64,000 nt of DNA from Bacteroidales bacterium (GTDB lineage: Bacteria; Bacteroidota; Bacteroidia; Bacteroidales; VadinHA17): positions 121 to 64,120 of the forward strand of contig JADKBK010000024.1 of NCBI GenBank assembly GCA_016715075.1. Reading direction: 5' to 3'. The position numbers were made by a program, and so were the translations under genes. Positions 40,721 through 50,325 of this stretch are shown here, piece by piece. Each line of letters begins with the position of its first letter. The stretch's first letter is position 1. The notes beneath the pieces were generated by a model, which ran no database searches, had not been told where the DNA came from, and saw nothing but the letters and a program-made list of their open reading frames with translations.

Positions 40721-43114
40721 CTAAAATTCAACTATCACACCAATTGTCGGTAATACTGTTCCTGCTTCATTAGGCAGGTATTTCAGTATGTATTTGAGCG
40801 GATTGGAAGGATCGGTAACCGGAACCCCGTTATTGTCTGACTCCCTTACAAGAATCGGAGTCCGATCGGCTTTAAAGTTATAAACGTTTTGTACATCGGC
40901 ATATAGCATAAGTGACCATTTTCCGAAGAAGTACTGCTTATCAATACGGATGTCGAGCTGATGAAATGCATTTAAGCGTAATGTATTGAATTTACTGTAG
41001 TCGGGATAACCCTGTCCCTGCAGATCCCAGGCAACCTTATAGGAAGATTTCTCCAGATCATATGGAGTATAGGGAGCGCCACCCACAAATCTCCATTTTA
41101 TACCTATGTCCCAGTTACGGTTGAACTTCCTGGTAGCTGTAAGATTAAGCAAGTGTTTATTATCCCAGGAAGAAGGTATCATAATCGACTCCAGATCCCT
41201 GAACTCACTCCTCACATAAGTATAGGAGAAGACAAGATTAATTTTCTTAAATTCTTTCAGTCTTCCCAGAATCTCAAATCCATAGGCTCTTCCCGTTGAT
41301 GTGGAGACGAGAGCTTCATCTCCGAAGATCCCATAGTCAGCGCTCTTGCTGGACAATGGAACCGAATCGCGCACTGAAAACGGATATTGAGAGTAGTTCT
41401 TGTAAAATCCTTCGACAGACAGCTGGATATTTTCTGCAGGCACAATTTCGAAACCTGCAACATAATGATCAGCTGCCATATACTTCAGGTTATCCTTGTT
41501 GACCAGTAAGCCCGCAGGGGTTGAATATCCCATTGCAGTATACGGAGGAAGCTGATAGTAACGTCCTGTGCTGGCATTGAGACTCAGATTGTCTGTAATA
41601 GCAAAGGAAGCTGAAAGCCTCGGCGAGACCTGGCGGAGAGGATTCATCATTTCGGAAGAATAATTACTCCCATCGGCGCGAAGACCAAATGAGAGAGTCA
41701 GCTTGCTCTCAATGAAGGATCGGCTAACCTGTCCGAAAGCACTATACTTCCCAATATTCAGATTAGTGTCATAATTTATTTCCGTATCGATAGGAGTTCC
41801 GGAATAGATCCGTCGGAATGTTGAGTTCCGGTAATGCCCGTATTCATATCCCACTCCATAAGTTAACCGGAAGCCCTTATCCCCTAATATAGTCCTTTCA
41901 TACCGTGCCTTGATCTCCCCTTCACCTGAAAGATAGTCAAGTATCTTATTTGAATCAGCTTTAACGTTATTCTCATATTTGTATTGTGAATTATTCAGAT
42001 AATTACGGCTGACAATCCAGGAATCATAACCATTCTCACGGAAATGTTTCCAGACGACCCCAAGAACATAACTGTACTGTTCCTGCACCGGAATATAATC
42101 AAGCAGGTATCTCTGATATTCAGTATCATTTGCTTTTAGATTCAGGCTGAAGTCATCCTTTGCCCCAAGCCCCAGTATTGTAAGTTCATTTTTCGGATTG
42201 ATCCGCACCTTATATTTAAGCTGAAAATCGGTATATGTAGGGAGAAACGGCAGTTGAAGGGCGCTGAAAAGAAATTTAAGATAAGATCTTCTTACAGATA
42301 ACAGAAGCGTCCCATTATCTCCAACAGGTCCGTTTAGTGTCAGACCAAGATCTGAAGCTCCTAAAGTTGTACGGTATTTCATTTTATCCTTATTCCCGTC
42401 AATAAAGGTGAAATTCAGAATGGAACTCAGGGCATTGCCCTTCGAGGCAGGAAAAGCTCCGCTTAAAAAATCGACAGATTGAACGAAATCAACATTAATG
42501 ATCCCTACAGGTCCTCCCGATGAACCCTGTGTTGAAAAATGATTCAGATAAGGGATCTCCACATTATCAATATAGAACCTGTTTTCATTTGGTCCTCCTC
42601 CCCTAACTATGACATCATTTCTGAAGGCAGGGGTCGAGGCAACTCCCGGATATGACTGGATTACCTTTGAAATATCGCGGTTTCCACCAGGGTTCTTCTC
42701 AATCTCATCAATACCTATTATTCTTACTGATATAGGCGTTTCAATTTTTTTCGCAAACGGGGAGGCCTTTACCACAACCTCGCCGATATTGATCTCAGAT
42801 TCCTCCAGCGGGATTTCCAGATTCACCTGGTTACTGTTCGTAACCATAACTGCACTTGAAATATATGTTTTGAATCCTACTGAAGATACCCGAAGCTCGG
42901 CAAAGCCTGGTTTTAATCCTGTAAAAGAAAAATTACCCTCAAAATCAGTTACTGCCCCCGTTGTAGTACCCCATATCTGAACAGTGGCAAAGGGGACACC
43001 ATCATTTGTCTTTGAATTATAAACTCTTCCTTTTATAATGCCCGAATTCCCCTGGGCAGATAATGCAACTGCTGTTATGAGTGCCAGGAATATTGATAGA
43101 ACCAGATTTCTCAT
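40721..43114 (-). CDS. TonB-dependent receptor with N-terminal carboxypeptidase-regulatory-like domain
   Basis: Signal peptide, then GIIKGRVYNSKTNDGVPFATVQI..TDFEGNFSF (CarboxypepD_reg). Plug region (DISKVIQSYPGV). Long beta-barrel ending in the terminal aromatic ...GVIVEF. Confidence 0.85.
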   Translation of the reverse strand: MRNLVLSIFLALITAVALSAQGNSGIIKGRVYNSKTNDGVPFATVQIWGTTTGAVTDFEGNFSFTGLKPGFAELRVSSVGFKTYISSAVMVTNSNQVNLEIPLEESEINIGEVVVKASPFAKKIETPISVRIIGIDEIEKNPGGNRDISKVIQSYPGVASTPAFRNDVIVRGGGPNENRFYIDNVEIPYLNHFSTQGSSGGPVGIINVDFVQSVDFLSGAFPASKGNALSSILNFTFIDGNKDKMKYRTTLGASDLGLTLNGPVGDNGTLLLSVRRSYLKFLFSALQLPFLPTYTDFQLKYKVRINPKNELTILGLGAKDDFSLNLKANDTEYQRYLLDYIPVQEQYSYVLGVVWKHFRENGYDSWIVSRNYLNNSQYKYENNVKADSNKILDYLSGEGEIKARYERTILGDKGFRLTYGVGYEYGHYRNSTFRRIYSGTPIDTEINYDTNLNIGKYSAFGQVSRSFIESKLTLSFGLRADGSNYSSEMMNPLRQVSPRLSASFAITDNLSLNASTGRYYQLPPYTAMGYSTPAGLLVNKDNLKYMAADHYVAGFEIVPAENIQLSVEGFYKNYSQYPFSVRDSVPLSSKSADYGIFGDEALVSTSTGRAYGFEILGRLKEFKKINLVFSYTYVRSEFRDLESIMIPSSWDNKHLLNLTATRKFNRNWDIGIKWRFVGGAPYTPYDLEKSSYKVAWDLQGQGYPDYSKFNTLRLNAFHQLDIRIDKQYFFGKWSLMLYADVQNVYNFKADRTPILVRESDNNGVPVTDPSNPLKYILKYLPNEAGTVLPTIGVIVEF

Positions 43115-43179
43115 TATGTCTTACTTTTTCCCCAGTAACAAAAGACAAAATGAGTTTGTTCACAAAATATTTAAAATAT

Positions 43180-44166
43180 TTAGTCATTCAACAGACTAAG
43201 GAAATAAGTTTTCTCCTCTGTAAAGATTATTGGAGGATACTTTTTCTCAATTTGAGAAATGCGGGAAAGCATATTTTGAGCAAAATCTCTTTGCCGGGTG
43301 ATACTGTCGGTATTGAAGTGGTGGTTTCTGGCCCTGGTAATTCTCACTGCTTCATTCCAGATATTTATTGTTTCATCTTCGAAGTAGCTGCCGGTAAAAG
43401 CTTCCCAGATATAATTTATCGCTGAAGCAGACGGATGTATCATATCGTCACCGTAAAACCTGTAGTCGCGCAGATCATCCATAACCAGCTCATATGCAGG
43501 AAAATACTGAGGTAAGGAGGAATGCTTCAGCAGCTCCTCAACTGCAAGTAAAAGTACGGATTTGCTGACCAGGTTCCCATGGGCCCCATCTTTCATGTGC
43601 CGCACCGGACTAATAGTAAAAATAACCTTAAGGTGAGGATAGAGGCGAGATAGAGTGTCAAGCTGCTTGTTCCACAGCTCAACAATCTCATTAACCGTAA
43701 GCAGTTCAGAGCTGAACTGGCCGGCGGGTATCTTATGACAGTTGGATACAATCAATCCGCTCTTCCTGTTTCTGTATATTCTTGCTGTTCCAAATGTTAT
43801 GAAAAGGAAACCCGGGCTCTCAAGAAAGAGTGATGACTCCCTCAGCCTGCTGTTGATCTTTAAAAGAGCTTTTTCAGGGTCTTCAGAAGAAAAATCGGTA
43901 TAATGGGAAAAACTCAGCCACAAGCCGTCATGAAAGTGAAGATCATCCCTTGTAAATTCCTTTCCTGATATTATATTGTCAAGAGTAATACCTACCGAAA
44001 CAGGATTATATACAGTCCCTGCCGGATTTATCATCACCCCCATTTTCCCTGCTTCCATCTGTTCCCCTATGGAAGAGGCAAAACATGATCCGATGAACAT
44101 CACCCTGTCATTATAGGTAATTTTTCGTGGTGATGGATCAATATTAAAAGTTGTTCTCAGATTCAT
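43180..44166 (-). CDS. GSCFA-domain protein
   Basis: Contains the family-naming motif (MFIGSCFASSIG) and has a typical length of ~320 aa. Confidence 0.8.
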   Translation of the reverse strand: MNLRTTFNIDPSPRKITYNDRVMFIGSCFASSIGEQMEAGKMGVMINPAGTVYNPVSVGITLDNIISGKEFTRDDLHFHDGLWLSFSHYTDFSSEDPEKALLKINSRLRESSLFLESPGFLFITFGTARIYRNRKSGLIVSNCHKIPAGQFSSELLTVNEIVELWNKQLDTLSRLYPHLKVIFTISPVRHMKDGAHGNLVSKSVLLLAVEELLKHSSLPQYFPAYELVMDDLRDYRFYGDDMIHPSASAINYIWEAFTGSYFEDETINIWNEAVRITRARNHHFNTDSITRQRDFAQNMLSRISQIEKKYPPIIFTEEKTYFLSLLND

Positions 44167-44181
44167 AAGGGGTGAAAACTA

Positions 44182-45009
44182 TCAGACCTTAACAGGTATA
44201 TTGTTAATCCAACTGAGAATATATCTGAAGACATCGTCTTTAAATAATTCATTATGCAATTCGTGGTATCCGCCTTCCCATATCTTTAATTTAACTTTGT
44301 CTGATTTTTCTGCAAACTCCCTGCTGCCTTCAGGTGAGTTAATCATATCATCACTGCCGTGAATAAGCAGAGTTGGGATTTTTAACTCCGAAGCATGTTC
44401 GAGAGAATACTTCGCAGCATTCATAGCCTCGTTATACAAACTGACTGAACACTTATCGTGTACAAGAGGATCTGTTTTGTACTTCTCAATAACATTTTCA
44501 TCGTGCGAAATATGGCTGACATTGAGACCAGTGGGCTGAACAAGTCCGGGCACCAGATTCTTCATTAAAGCTGCAAGTATCACTTTTATCTTTGGAGGTT
44601 CAAAGGAGAGACGCAACCAGGGTGAAGTGACTATTGCACCCTTTATCTTTGGATTTACCCGCAAAATATAGTCAAGGACAATCCCTCCTCCGAGGCTGTG
44701 CCCATAAAGATATACAGGTATTCCAGGGAAAGTTTTACGGCAACTGTCAATCATTATTGTGATCATTTCCTCCAGAAGTTTGTAACTTTTAATATTGCCC
44801 CTTCGCCCATCAGAGCGGCCATGACCTGGAAGATCAACGCCTGTGAAGGCGATTCCCTCTTTACTGAATAAATCTGCCAGATAGGAATAGCGCCTTATAT
44901 GCTCTCCAATTCCATGTACCATCACAATAACTGCCCTGGTATTCTCACCCGGACTTTGGATCATCCCCTTTAAAATCTGTCCATTGCTGAGTTTAATATT
45001 AAAATCCAT
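44182..45009 (-). CDS. alpha/beta hydrolase (lysophospholipase/monoglyceride-lipase-like)
   Basis: HGIGEH oxyanion region, nucleophile elbow GHSLGG, and C-terminal His (GGYHELHNE). Confidence 0.85.
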   Translation of the reverse strand: MDFNIKLSNGQILKGMIQSPGENTRAVIVMVHGIGEHIRRYSYLADLFSKEGIAFTGVDLPGHGRSDGRRGNIKSYKLLEEMITIMIDSCRKTFPGIPVYLYGHSLGGGIVLDYILRVNPKIKGAIVTSPWLRLSFEPPKIKVILAALMKNLVPGLVQPTGLNVSHISHDENVIEKYKTDPLVHDKCSVSLYNEAMNAAKYSLEHASELKIPTLLIHGSDDMINSPEGSREFAEKSDKVKLKIWEGGYHELHNELFKDDVFRYILSWINNIPVKV

Positions 45010-45347
45010 AGCTATTTTTTTTTAAATGTACGAAACTTCAGAAAATAATACGCTAAATCACTTTGTACAGATCACTAAATAATGCTTGAAAACAGGTACT
45101 TATACGAGCAAATGATCTGGCCATTTATAATTGAAAATCCAACACCCAACCCAAAATAGTGTAAAAAATAATTTATACTGTATTTAGAAGAATTTCAGTA
45201 ATTAATCTGCATATAACTCTATACCTGATATTTAATATATATTCTTATTTAGATTCCAACCATAAAACGACAATTTAAAGATATTAAGATTTGTATATCT
45301 TTATTTATTTGCAGAACTTTGTTCAACTACTTTTAATACTACGAACA

Positions 45348-45833
45348 ATGACACAATATGAATTCAATAATAGTCTCCTCGAGATGAAGTCAAATCTTCA
45401 GAGATTTGCAATGAGCCTTACTTCAGATCGTGATACTGCACTTGATCTGGTACATACATACAAAGATAAATTTGTTGATTATACAAATCTTAAAGCCTGG
45501 GTGTTTACAATAATGAAAAACACCTTCATCAATAATTACAGGCGGAATGTAAAAGAGAATACAATAATTGACGGGACACAGGATTTATATTACATCAATC
45601 AACCTCACGACAAAGGCTTTATTTCTCCGGAATCATCTTTCTCAGAAAGTGAAATTGAGAAGGCAATAGACTCATTGAGTGATGAATTCAGGATTCCCTT
45701 CAGAATGCATGTTGACGGGTTTAAATACAAGGAAATTGCTGATGAACTGGGGCTGAAGATAGGAACTGTGAAAAGCAGGATCTTTTTCACCCGTCAGAAG
45801 CTTATGCTGATATTAAAAGATTACGTAAGATAG
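45348..45833 (+). CDS. sigma-70 family (ECF-like) RNA polymerase sigma factor
   Basis: Start at MTQYEFNN (ATG 45348). Region 2 LKAWVFTIMKNTFINNYRR. Region 4 HTH YKEIADELGLKIGTVKSRIFFTRQKL. Confidence 0.8.
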   Translation: MTQYEFNNSLLEMKSNLQRFAMSLTSDRDTALDLVHTYKDKFVDYTNLKAWVFTIMKNTFINNYRRNVKENTIIDGTQDLYYINQPHDKGFISPESSFSESEIEKAIDSLSDEFRIPFRMHVDGFKYKEIADELGLKIGTVKSRIFFTRQKLMLILKDYVR

Positions 45834-45860
45834 TTTTAGGTTTATTTTAGTTTGGTCAGG

Positions 45861-46931
45861 TTATGGTTTGAGCCCCGCCTCCCGGCGGGGCTTTCTTTTT
45901 ACAATAATCCCGGTTGATACAAAAACCAGGAATACTCCGGAAACAATCCACGCCCACCAGTTGGTGGTTTTCGATTCAGCCCACATCTCGTACTTGTCAG
46001 TTACAAAAAAGTCAGATTTTACAGGCCAGAGAAGATTCCTGGTACTGTCAGGATAGCCGTTTGTTCCGGTAAGTTTGCCAGGCATAACTATTCTTTCTGA
46101 ATAACTGATGAAATCAAACAGATATCGTTCCACAGCTCTATCAAGAGCTGAATCAGCTTCAGTTTTAAATTTAGCAGCATACTTCTCTCCTATGAATTCC
46201 TTAAGTATAACTCCGTTTTGCCATAGGCTGTCAAATTCCGCATCATTTTGCTCAATCGCTTTTACTATATGATCTTCATTAGCTTTAAGGGACGACAATG
46301 ATAATCCGGGGTCTCTCTTTCCTTCAGTAAGCCTTGAAAATTCTGCAATCCATAGTGAGGCAATATTCTTTAAAGCCCAGTGATCGGTCTTTTTACTAAT
46401 TGAATCGGAAAATGCTTTGTATTTGATACTGTCGGCACCATTCTCCTTATTGAATCTGATAAAATCCGGAGAATAGAAGTATTTAAGTTCCTCTTCATTT
46501 AAAAAACCGGTGACAGGATATCCCTCCGATATTTGCCTGTCAATAATTTCCGAAAACCTGTATTCGGTGTTAAACCATCTGAATCTCTTGCTGAAATATG
46601 CCTTCCGGGGTATTTTCCCGTTTGTTGAGGAATCATTGTTATAAACTGAATTGATCTCATCAACATTTTCAAGGAGCTTCTCAGCCCGTTTGATCCACGT
46701 AGTATCCCCTTTGACGCCAACTTCCAGAGAATCTGTGATTTTCCAAGTATCGTCAAATGGGACCTGTATGTCAGACTTCTTAAGTCCTTTATTGCCGTAA
46801 CGCATTACAATTTTTCTGGTCACAGATCCGTCAGGGTGAACGATATTAGTAACGATTGTGTCCGGTTCATCGCAGGAGACAACAACCATTAGCATTAACA
46901 GTACAATACTTCTTATACTGATTCTTTTCAT
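45861..46931 (-). CDS. lipoprotein/membrane-anchored protein of unknown function (downstream of the disrupted ECF sigma gene)
   Basis: Signal/lipobox (LLMLMVVVSC) and a C-terminal TM (WWAWIVSGVFLVFVSTGIIV). No family recognised. Confidence 0.6.
   Translation of the reverse strand: MKRISIRSIVLLMLMVVVSCDEPDTIVTNIVHPDGSVTRKIVMRYGNKGLKKSDIQVPFDDTWKITDSLEVGVKGDTTWIKRAEKLLENVDEINSVYNNDSSTNGKIPRKAYFSKRFRWFNTEYRFSEIIDRQISEGYPVTGFLNEEELKYFYSPDFIRFNKENGADSIKYKAFSDSISKKTDHWALKNIASLWIAEFSRLTEGKRDPGLSLSSLKANEDHIVKAIEQNDAEFDSLWQNGVILKEFIGEKYAAKFKTEADSALDRAVERYLFDFISYSERIVMPGKLTGTNGYPDSTRNLLWPVKSDFFVTDKYEMWAESKTTNWWAWIVSGVFLVFVSTGIIVKRKPRREAGLKP
45871..45900 (+). terminator. rho-independent terminator of the sigma gene (overlaps the 3' end of the convergent CDS)
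   Basis: AGCCCCGCC-tccc-GGCGGGGCT followed by TTCTTTTT. Confidence 0.7.
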
Positions 46932-46975
46932 AGTCTGAATTTTATTTTTTTACCAATCATTTCTGACATCTTCTC

Positions 46976-47500
<525 letters not shown>

Positions 47501-47584
47501 AATCAGGTCCTCTTTGCATTATAGACGCGAAATCATCTCCAAGGTAAAAAACATATTGTAATTTTAGAAGAAAAACGTACTATT

Positions 47585-47992
47585 ATGCAAAAGATCATAA
47601 CCATCCGGACAGATAAGAAAAACGGATTATATGATATTACAGAAGAAGTTGTATCGCTGATAAAGGAAAGCGGCGTAATAACCGGCATTGCTTCGGTATA
47701 TGCAAGGGGGGCCACTGCTGCTATAATGATCCAGGAGAACTGGGATCAGTCAGTCCAGAATGATGTTTTAACACTTCTGAGGAAACTGGCGCCGTCCGGT
47801 ATCTGGGAACATGACCGGCAGGATAATAACGGGGATGCACATCTGAAGGCCGGACTGATCGGAGCTTCCGAAACAATTCCCATTATCGGCAAAGAACCCG
47901 GTTTATCAACCTGGCAAAACATATTCCTTTGTGAATTTGATGGTCCAAGGGAGCGCAGGGAGGTAGTGGTAACAATAATCGGGGATCATTGA
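47585..47992 (+). CDS. YjbQ/UPF0047 family protein (secondary thiamine-phosphate synthase enzyme)
   Basis: 135 aa. Family pattern (..YDIT.EV...I.ESG...G...V...TTA.I.I.EN.D..V..D......L.P.......H......N..AHLK) is largely matched. Confidence 0.75.
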   Translation: MQKIITIRTDKKNGLYDITEEVVSLIKESGVITGIASVYARGATAAIMIQENWDQSVQNDVLTLLRKLAPSGIWEHDRQDNNGDAHLKAGLIGASETIPIIGKEPGLSTWQNIFLCEFDGPRERREVVVTIIGDH

Positions 47993-48020
47993 TCATGAAA
48001 TCAGTTTTCTGATTTTGTGA

Positions 48021-48944
48021 CTAATGCAATATTTTCAATGAAGGTTTCATATTTTTTTCTTCCGACCGGAGTCCTGTTAAAGAGTTTTTAAACCTTTCCC
48101 CTGAAATATTACTCCATTCCACGGCTGTTAAGCCTGCCAGTTCTTCCTCAATCTGAAACTCAGGAACTTTGGTCGGCAAGGCATTGCAATTCCATGGGCA
48201 GACTTCCTGGCACTTATCGCATCCGTATATTCTTCCTTCAAGCAAAGGAATTATTTCTTCCGGAACGGGACCCCTGTTCTCTATGGTAAGATTTGCTATA
48301 CACTTTCGGGCATCGATAGTACGATCTTCATTTATTGCTCCGGTAGGACACTGTTCAATACAGATCCTGCAGTTGCCGCAATAATCTTTTGAGAAAGGTT
48401 CATCGTAATCAAGTTCAATATTTACTATCAGTATTCCGATGAAAAAGAATGAACCGATTTTTTTATTAATCACAACTGAATGTTTTCCCTGCCAGCCAAT
48501 TCCTGCTTCTACTGCCCAGGCTTTTTCAAGCAGGGGAGCGGTATCTGAGAAAGCACGTCCTTCAGCTTCGGGTGACACTGACCTGACAAATTGTAACAGC
48601 TCATCCAGTCTTCTTTTAATAACCTCCTGATAAGACTCGCCATAGGCATATATGGAAAGCACCGGAACGCCGGGTTCTGTCTGTTGGTTTTCAGTATAGT
48701 AATTAATTCCTGTTACGATGAGGGACCTGGCTCCGGGAACAAGAAATTCAGGATTGAGTCTCTTTTCCATATCCCTGGAAAGATAAGTCATCCCGGCGTT
48801 CATTCCTGAGCTGCACCAGTTTTTAAGAATATCTTCCCGTTCTGTAAGAGCCCTTGCGGCGGTAATGCCACAGAGATCAAAGCCAAGATTTCTTGCTTTC
48901 TCTTTGATCAGAGATGAAAGGGTTCTATCATCTGAGGCTGACAT
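48021..48944 (-). CDS. queG: tRNA epoxyqueuosine(34) reductase
   Basis: Two ferredoxin-type clusters (CGNCRICIEQCPTGAI and CDKCQEVCPWN) plus the QueG N-terminal pattern (GFDLCGI). Confidence 0.85.
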   Translation of the reverse strand: MSASDDRTLSSLIKEKARNLGFDLCGITAARALTEREDILKNWCSSGMNAGMTYLSRDMEKRLNPEFLVPGARSLIVTGINYYTENQQTEPGVPVLSIYAYGESYQEVIKRRLDELLQFVRSVSPEAEGRAFSDTAPLLEKAWAVEAGIGWQGKHSVVINKKIGSFFFIGILIVNIELDYDEPFSKDYCGNCRICIEQCPTGAINEDRTIDARKCIANLTIENRGPVPEEIIPLLEGRIYGCDKCQEVCPWNCNALPTKVPEFQIEEELAGLTAVEWSNISGERFKNSLTGLRSEEKNMKPSLKILH

Positions 48945-48956
48945 ATTGTAAAGGAT

Positions 48957-49277
48957 TTAGAGGAATCCCAGTTCCAGTTTTGCCTCATCACTAAGCATAC
49001 TTCTGTCCCACGGGGGGTTGAAAGTAAGCTTCAGGTCACACTCCTTAACGCCTCTGGTACCTCCCACCTTGTATTTTACCTCCTCAACAAGTTCCTCGGC
49101 CATCGGACAGTTAGGAGCTGTTAGGGTCATGGTTATATGGGCAATATGTTCCTCATCAAGGGTTATATCGTAAATCAATCCGAGATCATATATATTTACA
49201 GGGATCTCCGGATCAAATATACTTTTGAGAACATCTCCGATACGTGTTTCTATTTCAAGTTGTTCAGAAGGATCCAT
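48957..49277 (-). CDS. SUF-system Fe-S assembly protein (DUF59/SufT-like)
   Basis: DPEIPVNIYDLGLIYDI and LTAPNCPMAE motifs. The ATG at 49277 overlaps the upstream gene's stop (TAATG). Confidence 0.8.
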   Translation of the reverse strand: MDPSEQLEIETRIGDVLKSIFDPEIPVNIYDLGLIYDITLDEEHIAHITMTLTAPNCPMAEELVEEVKYKVGGTRGVKECDLKLTFNPPWDRSMLSDEAKLELGFL

Positions 49278-49879
49278 TATCTTGATAGTTTTAAATTGTT
49301 CTTCATCTTCAAAATTTCTATTCTCAGCATGAGCAGTAATAGAATACTTACACATATAATTGCTCTGACCGAGTAGACAGTTGCCAGTGTACCCTTGCTT
49401 GAAAGAAGCGCCAGGGAGGGAGCAAGCAACATTCCTATCCAGACGGAGAAAGGTTCTGTGTTTTCCTTCGATTCGACCAGTCTCTTTACTACAGGGAAGT
49501 AGGCTATAACAAGTATTGCCTGCATAAGGATATTTGTTATCCGGTGGTTCTGGGTAAAGATCCAGAAAAAGAGGATCAGCAATACAGCAATCAGGCAGCC
49601 TCTGTCGAATCTGGTAAATTTTGAGCTCTTGTCACCGAACAGGAAGATTGCTACACAAACTGTAACAACATATACCAGGTCAACGGTATTCATTATATTA
49701 TCAAGGAGTCCGTATCCCCCCTCCGACCTGTAGGTGATAAGACTCATAATGATAGCAATGGAAAAGAAGAGCCACATGGCCAGCGCCGGTTTGATCTCTT
49801 TCCTGACGAGCAGCAGAATATATCTTATCATAATGACAAGAGTGATTATTACAACTGCATAAATTGATAATTCCTTCAT
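49277..49879 (-). CDS. polytopic membrane protein of unknown function embedded in the suf operon
   Basis: 200 aa with ~6 hydrophobic helices. Its start overlaps the sufE stop (4-nt overlap) and its stop overlaps the start of the DUF59 gene. Confidence 0.65.
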   Translation of the reverse strand: MKELSIYAVVIITLVIMIRYILLLVRKEIKPALAMWLFFSIAIIMSLITYRSEGGYGLLDNIMNTVDLVYVVTVCVAIFLFGDKSSKFTRFDRGCLIAVLLILFFWIFTQNHRITNILMQAILVIAYFPVVKRLVESKENTEPFSVWIGMLLAPSLALLSSKGTLATVYSVRAIICVSILLLLMLRIEILKMKNNLKLSR

Positions 49880-50316
49880 TTACCTATTGAATTATACTTT
49901 CCCTTAGCATTATAAGCCATTGAATACAGCTTCATCTGTCGTACCATTGAGAGCAAACCGTTTGAACGTGTCGGAGAGAGGTTCTGCCTGAGTCCGATTT
50001 TCTCGATAAAGTAGAGATCAGCGGAAATTATCTCCTCAGGGCTCCTTCCGGAAAGAACTTTAATGAGAAGGGCTACAATACCCCGTGTAATAATCGCATC
50101 ACTGTCAGCTGTAAAATTTATTATGTTACCGTCAAAATCAGGATGCAGCCATACCTTTGACTGGCATCCCTCAATAAGGAAATCTTTCACCTTATACTTA
50201 GGATCTATTACCGGCAGTTCCTTTCCCAGATCAATAAGCAGGTTATACTTATCCATCCAGTCATCAAAAAGCGCAAACTCTTCTATAATTTTATCCTGTA
50301 CTTCGTTAATTGTCAT
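49876..50316 (-). CDS. sufE: SufE-family sulfur acceptor protein
   Basis: The pattern ..FALFDDWMDKY..LI.LG........K......I.GCQSKVWL... includes the conserved Cys (EGCQSKVW). Confidence 0.85.
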   Translation of the reverse strand: MTINEVQDKIIEEFALFDDWMDKYNLLIDLGKELPVIDPKYKVKDFLIEGCQSKVWLHPDFDGNIINFTADSDAIITRGIVALLIKVLSGRSPEEIISADLYFIEKIGLRQNLSPTRSNGLLSMVRQMKLYSMAYNAKGKYNSIGK

Positions 50317-50325
50317 ATAATCTCT

